NCBI GenBank assembly: GCA_964016885.1
Contig: OZ024757.1
Coordinates: 30,876,001 to 30,940,000, forward strand
Origin: Eledone cirrhosa
Lineage: Eukaryota
Length of the DNA: 64,000 nucleotides
Reading direction: 5' to 3'
The notes under the pieces were generated by a model that worked only from the letters and a program-made list of their open reading frames with translations, was not told the origin of the DNA and did no database searches. Position numbers and translations under genes: made by a program. This document shows, one piece after another, positions 1 to 13,069 of the stretch. Numbering within the stretch: position 1 is the stretch's first letter; every line of letters begins with the position of its first letter.

Positions 1-62
1 ATATATACATATATACATATATATACATATATATATATACATATATATACATACATATATAC

Positions 63-121
<59 letters not shown>

Positions 122-785
122 TATACATATATATATATACACACATCATGAAATGCATGAGAAGGGAAAAATGACAAAAAAAAACATTGAAATGAAATAA
201 AAAGCCTAAGAGAGAGATCTTAGAATTTTTGAAGTTGAAATATATGTTGAGACGATTTGATTGGTCGAATTGAAATAGTCAATCGGTTAAGACGAAAGGA
301 AATATATGATTTTTATATATTTCTTTTGATGATACATACACACACACACACATATATCTATATATATATGTGTGTGCGTATGTGTGTGTGTGTATATATA
401 TACATATGTATATATATGTCCATACACATATATATAGTTATATCTGAACATACATATATATATATATCTATATATATGTATTTATGTATGTATGTACGTA
501 TATGTATATATGTATATGTATGTACTCATATATGTATATATGTATGTATATATATATATATATGTATGTATGTGTCTATATATGTGTGTGTGTGTATATG
601 TGTGTGTGCATATATATATATGTATATATATGTGTATATATACATATGTATATATATATGTGTGTATGTATGTGTATATACATATATACATACATATATA
701 TGTGTATGTATGTGTATATACATATACACATACCTATATGTATGTGTATATATATATATACATATATGTATGTATGTGTATAAAG

Positions 786-824
<39 letters not shown>

Positions 825-1296
825 TATAACTCTATATATTTTTAATGCTTTTAATGAAAATACATATAATTTTTTAAAAACGAAAACAAGTAAAAAAAAA
901 TTTCTAAATAATTTTATTAGCGTAAGATGATAAGAAAAAAAAAATGTTTCTTTGGTTTTTATTGTTGCTTTTTTTGTTTTGTATTTTGGTTTGTTTTTTA
1001 AATCAATCAAAAGTGAAGTTTGAGAGGGGGAGAGAGCTAGAGGGGTGGGAGAGAGCTAGAGGGGTGGGAGAGAGAGAGGAAGAGAGATGAAGGAAGGAAG
1101 GAAAAAAGGAAGGATGAAAGAAAAAAATAAAGTTCAAGGAAAGAAAAAGCAGAAAAAACCCAGAAAATGAATGAGAGAGAGAGAAAGGATGAAAAGTATG
1201 TAGGTGGGTAGAGACAGACAGACAGACTGACTGACAGATACGTAGGTAGGTGGATAGATGGATAACTTGCTGGGTAGAGACACAGACAGATAGATA

Positions 1297-2131
1297 AGTT
1301 TCTATTTATTGCTACAAGGGCACAAAAGAAGGGGACAAATACAAGGAGGGGGGGGGGTAGTTTACACAAAAGAACGAGTAAAAAACATAAAAAATATGAA
1401 ATTAACAATAAAGTCCTCAATAGGAAGGAATCGTTTTTGGAGGTTGCACACACCCCCAAAAGAGTGTGCAACCCTTCTCCTCAGGAGCACAGAGAGAGGG
1501 TGCTCCCTTGTTCTTCCATCTTTTTCACCTACAGGCTGATGTAGAGAGAAGGCCCATTCACACGGGCCATTCTCGCCACTTTCACCCACCTTTCATAGAA
1601 ACGGCTGGGGTACAGCACCTCTCTCTCCATCCTGATCCTTCTTCCGAAATGATATTGGAAGAAAAGGACCAGTTGTTGGCCGGAGAAAAAGGTGTCCGAC
1701 CTCAGCCCTTTCAAACGCGACCACCATACAACCTCTTTCACCATGGCTATTATGCACAGAAACACCGCCTCTCCTTCATTTTTGAAGGGGGGGGGGGAGG
1801 CGGCTTGATCGTTATAATGGACTCGGTGGTCAACCGGATTGGTCCCAACCATGCCAGCAGTTGTTCGACATAGCCCCACAGATTGGCGACGCCCGGGCAG
1901 TGTACCAATGCATGCGTGATGGTTTCCTCGTCGCGCACGCATCTGGGACAGATCTTTTTCAAGAGCTCCCTACTCAGGCGCCTGTGTCTGTAGAGCTTTG
2001 GATGGTGTTGACTCTCCTGAGTTCCTCCAACCTTTGACAGGTTTTGTTTTGCATACCGCAAGGTGTCCGAAATCACCCTCCTCACCAAGCAAGCTTGGTG
2101 GAGTTGCAGGTTTAGTCGCTGATGACCCAAC
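1297..2131 (-). mobile_element. 3' end of an L1/Tx1-clade-like LINE: ORF2 C-terminus with CCHC zinc knuckle plus 3' UTR, 5'-truncated and frameshifted
   Basis: ORF 1750..2142 contains CPRCVRDEETITHALVHC (C-x2-C-x8-H-x4-C). It continues into ORF 1529..1942 (…FKNEGEAVFLCIIAMVKEVVWWSRL…RFYERWVKV) across a poly-G slip near 1787-1797. AATAAA on the minus strand near 1304-1309 precedes a simple-repeat tail. Confidence 0.75.
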
Positions 2132-2150
2132 CATACATACATACATATAT

Positions 2151-2308
2151 ATCACTCTTTACTTTCTATTTATCTTCTATTTCTAAATCTATCTTCTGAT
2201 GAAGGTCTAGTGCCCAAAACGTTAAGACTCTCTTCCTACTATTTCAAGCATTAAACTAATATATTTCTTCCATGTACTGTGTTGCTTGTTTTGTTATTTC
2301 TGTTTATG
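2151..2308 (+). mobile_element. Short dispersed repeat carrying a degenerate minimal hammerhead (family also at 13070-13227, 46579-46690, 46850-46985)
   Basis: TCTT-CTGATGA-AGGTCTAGTGCC-CAAAA-CGTT-AAGA at 2192-2227. Flanks align with the reverse-strand copies. GAAA is mutated to AAAA. Confidence 0.55.
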
Positions 2309-2312
2309 TTCT

Positions 2313-2347
<35 letters not shown>

Positions 2348-2431
2348 GTATAATATAATATCATCATCATCTTCATCATCACTGTTTAACATCCATTTTT
2401 CCATGGAAGTATGAGTTATATGTATGTACAT

Positions 2432-2470
<39 letters not shown>

Positions 2471-3048
2471 GTAAGTATGCAAATGTACACTTAATTTAAT
2501 ATTTCAGCTGTGCTAGAGTGAGAAATAAAATTCTTATTTTATATATATATATATATACTCATACACACATACAGTATAAGATATATAGTATAAGATATAT
2601 AGTATAATATATATATATATATGTATACATAAAGTATAATTTATAAATATGTGAATATATACTCTTGTTAACAAGTGACGTTAAAACGACAATGATGATG
2701 ATAGTATATTATATATGTATATGTACTTTGTCATCACAACCAATATTTCATTTTAAATGCAAGGGCAGATGGTCTCTGCTACTGCTGCTCATTTGCTTGC
2801 TTCAAGAATTGTCAACTATATGACAAATCTTTTCACAATTGTACCTGTCTTAACGACCCCCCCCCCCCCAAACATGATGATATTTATAACGAAATATACT
2901 CTATTTCAATTAATAAAGAATTTGGGCAGGATTTACTAAAATTATTAATTATTTTCTTACCATGTTAGTAACTTAATGCATGATTCTCATATAAAATTAT
3001 GTTGGGAAATTTTAATTTAAACAGAAACACTCTTTTTCAATTAATTAA

Positions 3049-3220
3049 CCCTTTAGCATTTACATTACTCTATATTTATTATTATATTTTCACCGTAAAA
3101 GCTTTACCTTACATACTTATCTCTCAAAATATCGAATCTATGAGATTTTGATGTCATTTATTTTGAGTACAATACCTCAACATCAGTATGAGCAACCAGG
3201 TACAGCCAGTTTTGAACACC
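3049..3220 (+). mobile_element. Partial piggyBac-type MITE (TTAA-CCCTTTAGC end)
   Basis: Starts TTAA|CCCTTTAGCATTTACATTACTC. Internal sequence matches copies at 11395, 63063 and 63856. Confidence 0.65.
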
Positions 3221-3846
3221 AGTTCCATCACCACTACCACCACCACCACCACCACCACCACCACCACCACCACCACCACCACTCCCATCACCACCACTCC
3301 CATCACCACCACCACTAATATATACAACTGAAGCCCCATGTTTGCGACATGCTGTGGGGGGGTTTCACTATCTCTACACATAACTTGAAACCATGTCATC
3401 TCTGCTATGATCTCAAATATGTTGATCAAAAGAATATGATTGAAATATCCGGTATATCCCTGCCCCTGGGGATGGGATGGTGTGGGGTGGAGTGTATGTG
3501 TGTGAAGGAGTGGGGGTGGGGTTATATCGTTCTAGAAGATATGTAATGTATCAATATACTTTGACATATTTCTATTCCATTCTATTTTTTTCTCCCTTTT
3601 TCATACATTTCCTTCCAGATTTTACTTCAGTATACACACACACACACACTCAGATATATATATACATACACACACATATATATGCATATATATATATGTG
3701 TGTGTATATATATATGCGTATATATATGCACCTATATATATGCATAAATATATATATGCATATATATTTATATATATATATGCATAAATATATATATGCA
3801 TATATATATATGCATATATTTATATGCACATATATATATATTTATA

Positions 3847-3927
<81 letters not shown>

Positions 3928-4028
3928 TTATCGCTATCACCGTTTTACGTCTATTTTTCTACGTTAGCCTAAGATTATCAAGGATTCCAATTAAAGCATT
4001 TAATTCATTTACGACCATTTTGTTAGAG

Positions 4029-4229
4029 CAGCATTTCTCTTCCCCAGAACCCTAAGGTTCCTCAAGGAATCACTAAGGGTTCTGTGTGACCCCTTGAGGA
4101 AACAGTGATAAATAAGCTAATGCATTTAAATATTAATAATGGTATCTAATAATTTATGTGCATGGGTTCCCTGAGACCTGAAAATTATTTCAAGGGTTCC
4201 ACAAGGGTCCAAAGGATGAGAAACACTGC
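4029..4229. mobile_element. Possible hAT-like MITE remnant
   Basis: CAGCATTTCTC near 4029 and GAGAAACACTG near 4218 form imperfect CAG-starting terminal inverted repeats around an AGGGTTCC-rich interior. Confidence 0.35.
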
Positions 4230-4289
4230 ATTAGACTGACTAGAATATTCCATTCCTGTCAGAATAACTCCTTAGTTATATACATATAT

Positions 4290-4716
4290 TATGGCTGCAA
4301 ACTCTGCTAAGAGTGTTGCAATCGCTTGTCAGATTATAGAGTTTGGTGCACTTTTAGGCTACGGCCAGCCACATGAACCTGTAACAGATCCTGAACAAGC
4401 AATGCCTGTGCTTTGAAGGTGTTTTTTTAAGTAGGGAAAGGCCTTGCACTCGACCAATCCCACTCTCTGAGCATTGAAAACACTACTCGAAAAGGAGAAC
4501 TGGTCAACATCATCGGATACTTCTGAAGCTGCAGGTGTTTTTTTCAGAGTTTCCCCTCTCCTAGAAAGGTGTTGTGACAAGAACTGGGGGCCTTTCATCC
4601 CTGGTGGGGGGGGGAAAAAAAAGTACTATTTGGATGGCCATGGACTCTGCTGAGTTCCTCCGCAGTTCTTGTATTTCGTCCCGCAGGATGTCTAAATATC
4701 ACCCTCCTCACCAAGC
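4290..4716 (-). mobile_element. Degraded LINE ORF2 fragment related to 1297-2131 and 5174-5580
   Basis: Shares the GGATGG..GACTCT.CTGAGTTCCTCC and CACCCTCCTCACCAAGC blocks with the 2000-2090 segment. Minus-strand ORF reads …VGLVECKAFPYLKKHLQSTG. Confidence 0.55.
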
Positions 4717-5142
4717 ATACATATATGCATACATATATAATAATAATTATTTATACTTTTGGCACATGGCCAGCAATTATCCCAGTGCATTACTGGTACT
4801 TTATTTTATTGACCCCGTAAGGATGAAAGGCAAACATATACAATAATTAATGAAAATGATTGTGTACAGTGCTCAGGTGCCCTCTGGTGATGTCCAGCAG
4901 AAGCAAGGGGGACAACCGTCTATGCATTTCAGGCTTAACTGGCCTTTGTCAGGATGGTCCCTCCCACCGCTTGCGACTGCTGGACTAGAAGACAGTTGAG
5001 AATATATACTTTTCTCGTCTGTGTAAATAAGGTGATTAATCTCATTTGCATATGAAGCTGCATAAGTTGGCTCAACTTATAATAAAAATATTTATACAAT
5101 ATTTATACATATTGTATAAAGCTATGCTTGAAACGAAATCTT

Positions 5143-5173
<31 letters not shown>

Positions 5174-5174
<1 letters not shown>

Positions 5175-5580
5175 CATCCATGATGGCTGCAACTAGGTTT
5201 CGAGTAACGCCATGGCTTGATACTTAAGCATGAACATCACAGGTGTGGCTTTTTAGTCCTGCTAGGGTCTTATCTATGACCAGCAATGACATGCATTGCA
5301 AAAAATGTCACATATCCAGCGATGCCTGTGATTGAAGCTTTTGTAAGTAAGGAAAGGCTTTGCACGGGGTCAATCCCACTCTCTGAACATCAAATGCATT
5401 TACCCAATCAGTAAAACTGGTTTACATCATTGGATACAAACGAAGTCGCAGGTTTTATATCAGAGTGACCTTCTGTTAGAGAGATATCTTAATAAAGATT
5501 AAGGGTCTCTCTCTCTCTCCACAAAAAAAAAAGAACTTTATTGGATGGCTGTTGACTCTCCTGAGTTCCTCCCTCTGCCC
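5174..5580 (-). mobile_element. Degraded LINE ORF2 fragment, paralogous to 4290-4716
   Basis: Collinear similarity with 4290-4660 (ATGGCTGCAA, GATGCCTGTG, CAATCCCACTCTCTGA, GACTCTCCTGAGTTCCTCC). Confidence 0.55.
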
Positions 5581-5693
5581 TTTTAACATATTTACATACA
5601 TACACACACATATACATGCATTCACACATATATTACATAGATACATACACATATGCACATATGCACATGCATATATACATACAGACATGTATA

Positions 5694-5735
<42 letters not shown>

Positions 5736-5739
<4 letters not shown>

Positions 5740-6057
5740 AGGTGAGTTTTATTGTAGTACAATAAAGCAATGCAGATATCGGATAAGAAGCACTCTACAG
5801 TTTGTAGGACTGGAGTATACATAATATATAAGAACAAAAGATGGTTAAAAGAGTTCCATGTATTTTATTATGCGCATTTCAAAAACAAATATCATCATGC
5901 AATAATATTTGTGTTTTCATCAGATAAAACAGGAAGACATGATATGAAGGTTAAAAAACACTTGTGGATAGTTCAGTTTTAAATCAACATATGAGATATT
6001 TGTTTTTGAAATGCGCATAATAAAATACATGGAACTGTTTTAACCATCTTTTGTTCT

Positions 6058-6066
<9 letters not shown>
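5736..6066 (-). mobile_element. Hammerhead-containing short element with an inverted partial copy, inserted in (TA)n; paralogue of 27952-28373
   Basis: Minus-sense arm 5736-5993 is followed by an inverted piece 5995-6066. Both outer ends abut (TA)n. Collinear with the 27952 copy. Confidence 0.8.
5861..5930 (-). ncRNA. Type I hammerhead ribozyme
   Basis: Minus strand GUUUUAU-CUGAUGA-[stem II AAACACAAAUAUUAUU/GAUGAUAUUUGUUUUU]-GAAA-UGCGCA-UA^AUAAAAU. Stem III is palindromic (AUGCGCAU). Confidence 0.8.
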
Positions 6067-6107
<41 letters not shown>

Positions 6108-6132
6108 ATATATATGTATATATATGTATATA

Positions 6133-6164
<32 letters not shown>

Positions 6165-6264
6165 AATATAGACATAGAATATTCGAAAATATTCTGTATG
6201 TTTATAATAAACATTTTGAAGACCTAATCGCTATAGAATAGAATACGTCACGTATTACAATTAG

Positions 6265-8523
6265 ATTCTCGATAAAAGCAAGGGAAGTAATCTACGCGTT
6301 TCATTCTTGTTAGAAATCATCAGGACTACATATCCAGTGCTTTTATCGAGAATGACACAGCTAGAGACTTATAGAATACTTAGCTGTGTACAGGAACTGG
6401 TTTGAAAGAGCGGTTGCCGGTCCGGCAGAAATTAGAAATTGGAATAAATGCTCTGAAATAGCGATATATATGTGAATATAGACATAGAATATTCGAAAAT
6501 ATTCTGTATGTTTATAATAAACATTTTGAAGACCTAATCGCTATAGAATAGAATACGTCACGTATTACAATTAGATTCTCGATAAAAGCAAGGGAAGTAA
6601 TCTACGCGTTTCATTCTTGTTAGAAATCATCAGGACTACATATCCAGTGCTTTTATCGAGAATGACACAGCTAGAGACTTATAGAATACTTAGCTGTGTA
6701 CAGGAACTGGTTTGAAAGAGCGGTTGCCGGTCCGGCAGAAATTAGAAATTGGAATAAATGCTCTGAAATAGCGATATATATGTGAATATAGACATAGAAT
6801 ATTCGAAAATATTCTGTATGTTTATAATAAACATTTTGAAGACCTAATCGCTATAGAATAGAATACGTCACGTATTACAATTAGATTCTCGATAAAAGCA
6901 AGGGAAGTAATCTACGCGTTTCATTCTTGTTAGAAATCATCAGGACTACATATCCAGTGCTTTTATCGAGAATGACACAGCTAGAGACTTATAGAATACT
7001 TAGCTGTGTACAGGAACTGGTTTGAAAGAGCGGTTGCCGGTCCGGCAGAAATTAGAAATTGGAATAAATGCTCTGAAATAGCGATATATATGTGAATATA
7101 GACATAGAATATTCGAAAATATTCTGTATGTTTATAATAAACATTTTGAAGACCTAATCGCTATAGAATAGAATACGTCACGTATTACAATTAGATTCTC
7201 GATAAAAGCAAGGGAAGTAATCTACGCGTTTCATTCTTGTTAGAAATCATCAGGACTACATATCCAGTGCTTTTATCGAGAATGACACAGCTAGAGACTT
7301 ATAGAATACTTAGCTGTGTACAGGAACTGGTTTGAAAGAGCGGTTGCCGGTCCGGCAGAAATTAGAAATTGGAATAAATGCTCTGAAATAGCGATATATA
7401 TGTGAATATAGACATAGAATATTCGAAAATATTCTGTATGTTTATAATAAACATTTTGAAGACCTAATCGCTATAGAATAGAATACGTCACGTATTACAA
7501 TTAGATTCTCGATAAAAGCAAGGGAAGTAATCTACGCGTTTCATTCTTGTTAGAAATCATCAGGACTACATATCCAGTGCTTTTATCGAGAATGACACAG
7601 CTAGAGACTTATAGAATACTTAGCTGTGTACAGGAACTGGTTTGAAAGAGCGGTTGCCGGTCCGGCAGAAATTAGAAATTGGAATAAATGCTCTGAAATA
7701 GCGATATATATGTGAATATAGACATAGAATATTCGAAAATATTCTGTATGTTTATAATAAACATTTTGAAGACCTAATCGCTATAGAATAGAATACGTCA
7801 CGTATTACAATTAGATTCTCGATAAAAGCAAGGGAAGTAATCTACGCGTTTCATTCTTGTTAGAAATCATCAGGACTACATATCCAGTGCTTTTATCGAG
7901 AATGACACAGCTAGAGACTTATAGAATACTTAGCTGTGTACAGGAACTGGTTTGAAAGAGCGGTTGCCGGTCCGGCAGAAATTAGAAATTGGAATAAATG
8001 CTCTGAAATAGCGATATATATGTGAATATAGACATAGAATATTCGAAAATATTCTGTATGTTTATAATAAACATTTTGAAGACCTAATCGCTATAGAATA
8101 GAATACGTCACGTATTACAATTAGATTCTCGATAAAAGCAAGGGAAGTAATCTACGCGTTTCATTCTTGTTAGAAATCATCAGGACTACATATCCAGTGC
8201 TTTTATCGAGAATGACACAGCTAGAGACTTATAGAATACTTAGCTGTGTACAGGAACTGGTTTGAAAGAGCGGTTGCCGGTCCGGCAGAAATTAGAAATT
8301 GGAATAAATGCTCTGAAATAGCGATATATATGTGAATATAGACATAGAATATTCGAAAATATTCTGTATGTTTATAATAAACATTTTGAAGACCTAATCG
8401 CTATAGAATAGAATACGTCACGTATTACAATTAGATTCTCGATAAAAGCAAGGGAAGTAATCTACGCGTTTCATTCTTGTTAGAAATCATCAGGACTACA
8501 TATCCAGTGCTTTTATCGAGAAT
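6265..8523 (-). ncRNA. Eight type I hammerhead ribozymes (89-nt motifs starting at 6265, 6575, 6885, 7195, 7505, 7815, 8125, 8435)
   Basis: Each is the reverse complement of the motif described for 8558-8646. Confidence 0.85.
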
Positions 8524-8557
8524 GACACAGCTAGAGACTTATAGCTCTAGCTGTGTC

Positions 8558-9886
8558 ATTCTCGATAAAAGCACTGGATATGTAGTCCTGATGATTTCTA
8601 ACAAGAATGAAACGCGTAGATTACTTCCCTTGCTTTTATCGAGAATCTAATTGTAATACGTGACGTATTCTATTCTATAGCGATTAGGTCTTCAAAATGT
8701 TTATTATAAACATACAGAATATTTTCGAATATTCTATGTCTATATTCACATATATATCGCTATTTCAGAGCATTTATTCCAATTTCTAATTTCTGCCGGA
8801 CCGGCAACCGCTCTTTCAAACCAGTTCCTGTACACAGCTAAGTATTCTATAAGTCTCTAGCTGTGTCATTCTCGATAAAAGCACTGGATATGTAGTCCTG
8901 ATGATTTCTAACAAGAATGAAACGCGTAGATTACTTCCCTTGCTTTTATCGAGAATCTAATTGTAATACGTGACGTATTCTATTCTATAGCGATTAGGTC
9001 TTCAAAATGTTTATTATAAACATACAGAATATTTTCGAATATTCTATGTCTATATTCACATATATATCGCTATTTCAGAGCATTTATTCCAATTTCTAAT
9101 TTCTGCCGGACCGGCAACCGCTCTTTCAAACCAGTTCCTGTACACAGCTAAGTATTCTATAAGCCTCTAGCTGTGTCATTCTCGATAAAAGCACTGGATA
9201 TGTAGTCCTGATGATTTCTAACAAGAATGAAACGCGTAGATTACTTCCCTTGCTTTTATCGAGAATCTAATTGTAATACGTGACGTATTCTATTCTATAG
9301 CGATTAGGTCTTCAAAATGTTTATTATAAACATACAGAATATTTTCGAATATTCTATGTCTATATTCACATATATATCGCTATTTCAGAGCATTTATTCC
9401 AATTTCTAATTTCTGCCGGACCGGCAACCGCTCTTTCAAACCAGTTCCTGTACACAGCTAAGTATTCTATAAGTCTCTAGCTGTGTCATTCTCGATAAAA
9501 GCACTGGATATGTAGTCCTGATGATTTCTAACAAGAATGAAACGCGTAGATTACTTCCCTTGCTTTTATCGAGAATCTAATTGTAATACGTGACGTATTC
9601 TATTCTATAGCGATTAGGTCTTCAAAATGTTTATTATAAACATACAGAATATTTTCGAATATTCTATGTCTATATTCACATATATATCGCTATTTCAGAG
9701 CATTTATTCCAATTTCTAATTTCTGCCGGACCGGCAACCGCTCTTTCAAACCAGTTCCTGTACACAGCTAAGTATTCTATAAGTCTCTAGCTGTGTCATT
9801 CTCGATAAAAGCACTGGATATGTAGTCCTGATGATTTCTAACAAGAATGAAACGCGTAGATTACTTCCCTTGCTTTTATCGAGAAT
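8558..9886 (+). ncRNA. Five type I hammerhead ribozymes (89-nt motifs starting at 8558, 8868, 9178, 9488, 9798)
   Basis: First copy: stem I GUAGUC(8582-87)/GAUUAC(8619-24), core CUGAUGA(8588-94), stem II UUCU-AACA-AGAA, GAAA(8609-12), palindromic stem III ACGCGU, predicted cut GUA^ after 8618. A perfect 16-bp distal stem AUUCUCGAUAAAAGCA/UGCUUUUAUCGAGAAU closes it. Confidence 0.85.
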
Positions 9887-10021
9887 CTAATTGTAATACG
9901 TGACGTATTCTATTCTATAGCGATTAGGTCTTCAAAATGTTTATTATAAACATACAGAATATTTTCGAATATTCTATGTCTATATTCACATATATATCGC
10001 TATTTCAGAGCATTTATTCCA

Positions 10022-10068
<47 letters not shown>

Positions 10069-10221
10069 GGAGCTGGTGTTAGGAAGAGCTTCCTGCCAAC
10101 TGTAGAAACCATGCTGAAAACTGTAATGTATAACTGTGACATGATCTTCCGGCTTGTTTAACCTGCACCAGCATGGGAAGCTGACATAAAACACATATGT
10201 ATGTATGTGTGTGTATATATG

Positions 10222-10261
<40 letters not shown>

Positions 10262-10473
10262 GTGTATATATATATATATATACATATATGTATATAAATA
10301 TATATAAAAATCATGTATATATATATATATATCTACATATATGTGTATAAAAATATGTATTATATATGTATAAATGTATAATATATATAGACACATGCAC
10401 ACACACATATATATATGCTATCTGTTGTATATTCATTTACCTGTATATGTGTATATATATATGTGTGTGTGTG

Positions 10474-10518
<45 letters not shown>

Positions 10519-10527
10519 GCATGCATG

Positions 10528-10560
<33 letters not shown>

Positions 10561-10589
10561 TCAAATTTATTACATATATGTATATGTAT

Positions 10590-10634
<45 letters not shown>

Positions 10635-11064
10635 TGTATATACATATATATATATATATATATGTAATAAATTTGACTCTCTATATACAAGAGCATGTGT
10701 ACATCCAGAAGGTATTCTCAAGAATGTATTTAAAAGAAGAAAATTACTTTTTTTGTTCTGAAGTAATAACAGCCTTACTCCCAGAAATGACATTTACCAC
10801 CTTTGGCTGACTGACTGTTGTATACTTGCCATATATCAGTGTGGTTTCATATCACTGTTGAAATTTCCCAGGTGGAATTTGTTTCTCTGTTGGCACTTTT
10901 ACATGATGTAATTTTATGTTTTGTATTTTTCATTTTTACTAGATTAAAAGTCTGTACCAATGTATGATATTTTTCATACATGCAAAGTTGGCATGATTTG
11001 TTTCCTTTATTATATGACACAACCTTGATTGCTTAATATCCTTGATAAACTCATTGTTGTTTTT

Positions 11065-11370
11065 GCCATACATGCAAGCTGGTCTCTGTTGCCCTTTACA
11101 CATCCTTTAGTCTCTCTATATATTTCGATAATCCCGGTGGAATCGGTTGTTCTTTAAATATCCTTTAGTCCCTCTATATATTTTGATAAACCTCATGGAC
11201 CTGGTTACCCTTTAAACAACCTTTAATCTTCCTATATATTTTGATAAACCTGGTTGAATTGGTTGCTTTTAAAATATCCTTTAATATCCCTATATATTTT
11301 GATGAAACTGTGGAATTGGTTGCTTTTTAAATATTCTTTTTTCCACATATATATTTTGTGATAAACTTGC
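11065..11370. repeat. Degenerate ~59-bp minisatellite
   Basis: Recurring CCTTTA.TC.C.TATATATTTTGATAAAC…GGTTG..TTTAAA unit, about 5 copies. Confidence 0.65.
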
Positions 11371-11394
11371 AAGGTGGACTTGATTGAATATTAA

Positions 11395-11588
11395 CCCTTT
11401 AGCATGTACATTACTCTCTATTTACTATTGTATTTTCATGATAAAATCTTTATCTCACCTAATATCGAATCTATGAGATTTTGATATTATTTATTTTGAG
11501 AACAATACCTTAACATTAATATGAGTGGCCAGTTACAGCTGGTTTGAACAGAAAGAGGTGAGAGAATTCTGATTTGAATGCTAAAGTG
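11395..11588 (+). mobile_element. piggyBac-type MITE with TTAA target sites
   Basis: TTAA|CCCTTTAGCAT … ATGCTAAAGTG|TTAA: terminal inverted repeats with one mismatch. Confidence 0.75.
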
Positions 11589-12232
11589 TTAAATATCCTT
11601 TTGATCCCATATATATTTTGATAAAGCCATGGTCTTTTTCTTTTCTCCCCACGAATATTCCTTGAGCAGCGACTGTAACTGACTTTGATGGTATTTCTAT
11701 TGAACACTTTGGTTGCTTAGCATCAGGTCAGCATTGATTGAGCAGAGCTATAACCAATGACATTCTTTCTTGTTTTTGTTGTTGTTGTTTAGGCATAGTG
11801 TATCTAGGACTACATTATCAAATATGTTGGTTGTGATTCGAGGAAGATTTGACTGCCATGTCTAGCAGGTTGACCAACCAACCATGGAGACATGTCTCAT
11901 TCTTTGATATATGGTAGTTGCGGTCATCACCATCACCACTATCATCACCATCATCATTACTACCACTATCATCACCACCGCCACCTCATCACCACCGCCC
12001 TGATCATCACCCTCATCATCAGCATCATCACCACTACCACCACCGTCACCACCTCAGCACAATGTAATATATATATATAAACGTTTGTATCTCCATATAT
12101 ATATATATATAAGAATGTATGTCTGTGTATGTGTGTGCTTATGTATGGTTGTGAATGCATGAATATGTCTCTATGTGTGTGTGTGTGCCTGCATGTACAA
12201 GTGTCTATATATATATATATATGTGTGTATGT

Positions 12233-12338
<106 letters not shown>

Positions 12339-13069
12339 TGCATATATATGTACATATATATATGTCTGTGTGTATGTTTGTATATGTGTATGTATGTACA
12401 TATGTGTATTTATGTACATGTCTATATGTGTGTGTATGTCTGTTTGTCTATATATATATATATATATGTGTGTGTGCATGTGTGTGTGTGTATGTAGAAT
12501 TACACTGACAGGATGTAATAACATCTAATTTATAAATGTTGTTGCTATTTTCCTTGTTATACTCTTCATATACATTTCTCTTTGTTTTTCATATTTCTTT
12601 TCCTCTCACTCTCACTCTGTTATATTTTGTTTGTTGCTCTCTTTTGTTGAAATATTTATATATTTAATTTGTTGCTATCCTTTATTTATTTATATATTTA
12701 TTTTGTTGCTATCTTTTCTATATTTATTTTGTTGCTATCTTTTCTATATTTATTTTGTATGCTTATATATTTATTTTGTTGCTATCTTTTCTATATTTAT
12801 TTTGTATGCTTATATATATATATTTTTTTTGCTATCTTTTATTTATATATTTATATATTTATTTTGTTGCTATCTTTTATATATTGATTTTGTTGTCATC
12901 GTTTGCATACTAATTTATACATTTATTTTGTTCCTATCTCTTGTTTATATATATATATTTATTTATACATTTATTTTGTTGCTATCTTTTATATATTTAT
13001 TTTCTCTATTTATCTTTATATTTTATTTTGTTGCTACACACACGCACACACACACATATATATATGTAA

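Larger units (their letters stand above)
6165..10025. repeat. 310-bp tandem array with a central inversion: ~7.7 units in one orientation, ~4.8 inverted; one hammerhead per unit (retrozyme-like)
   Basis: GACATAGAATATTCG recurs at 6171, 6481, 6791 … 8341 (period 310). Orientation switches at 8537-8544. The only substitution I could see is T>C at 9164. Both ends run into (TA)n. Confidence 0.97.

Noticed and set aside
6165-10025. CRISPR-like array or coding repeat
   Set aside because: The units are identical with no variable spacers, no cas genes are present, the context is eukaryotic, and there is no substantial ORF.
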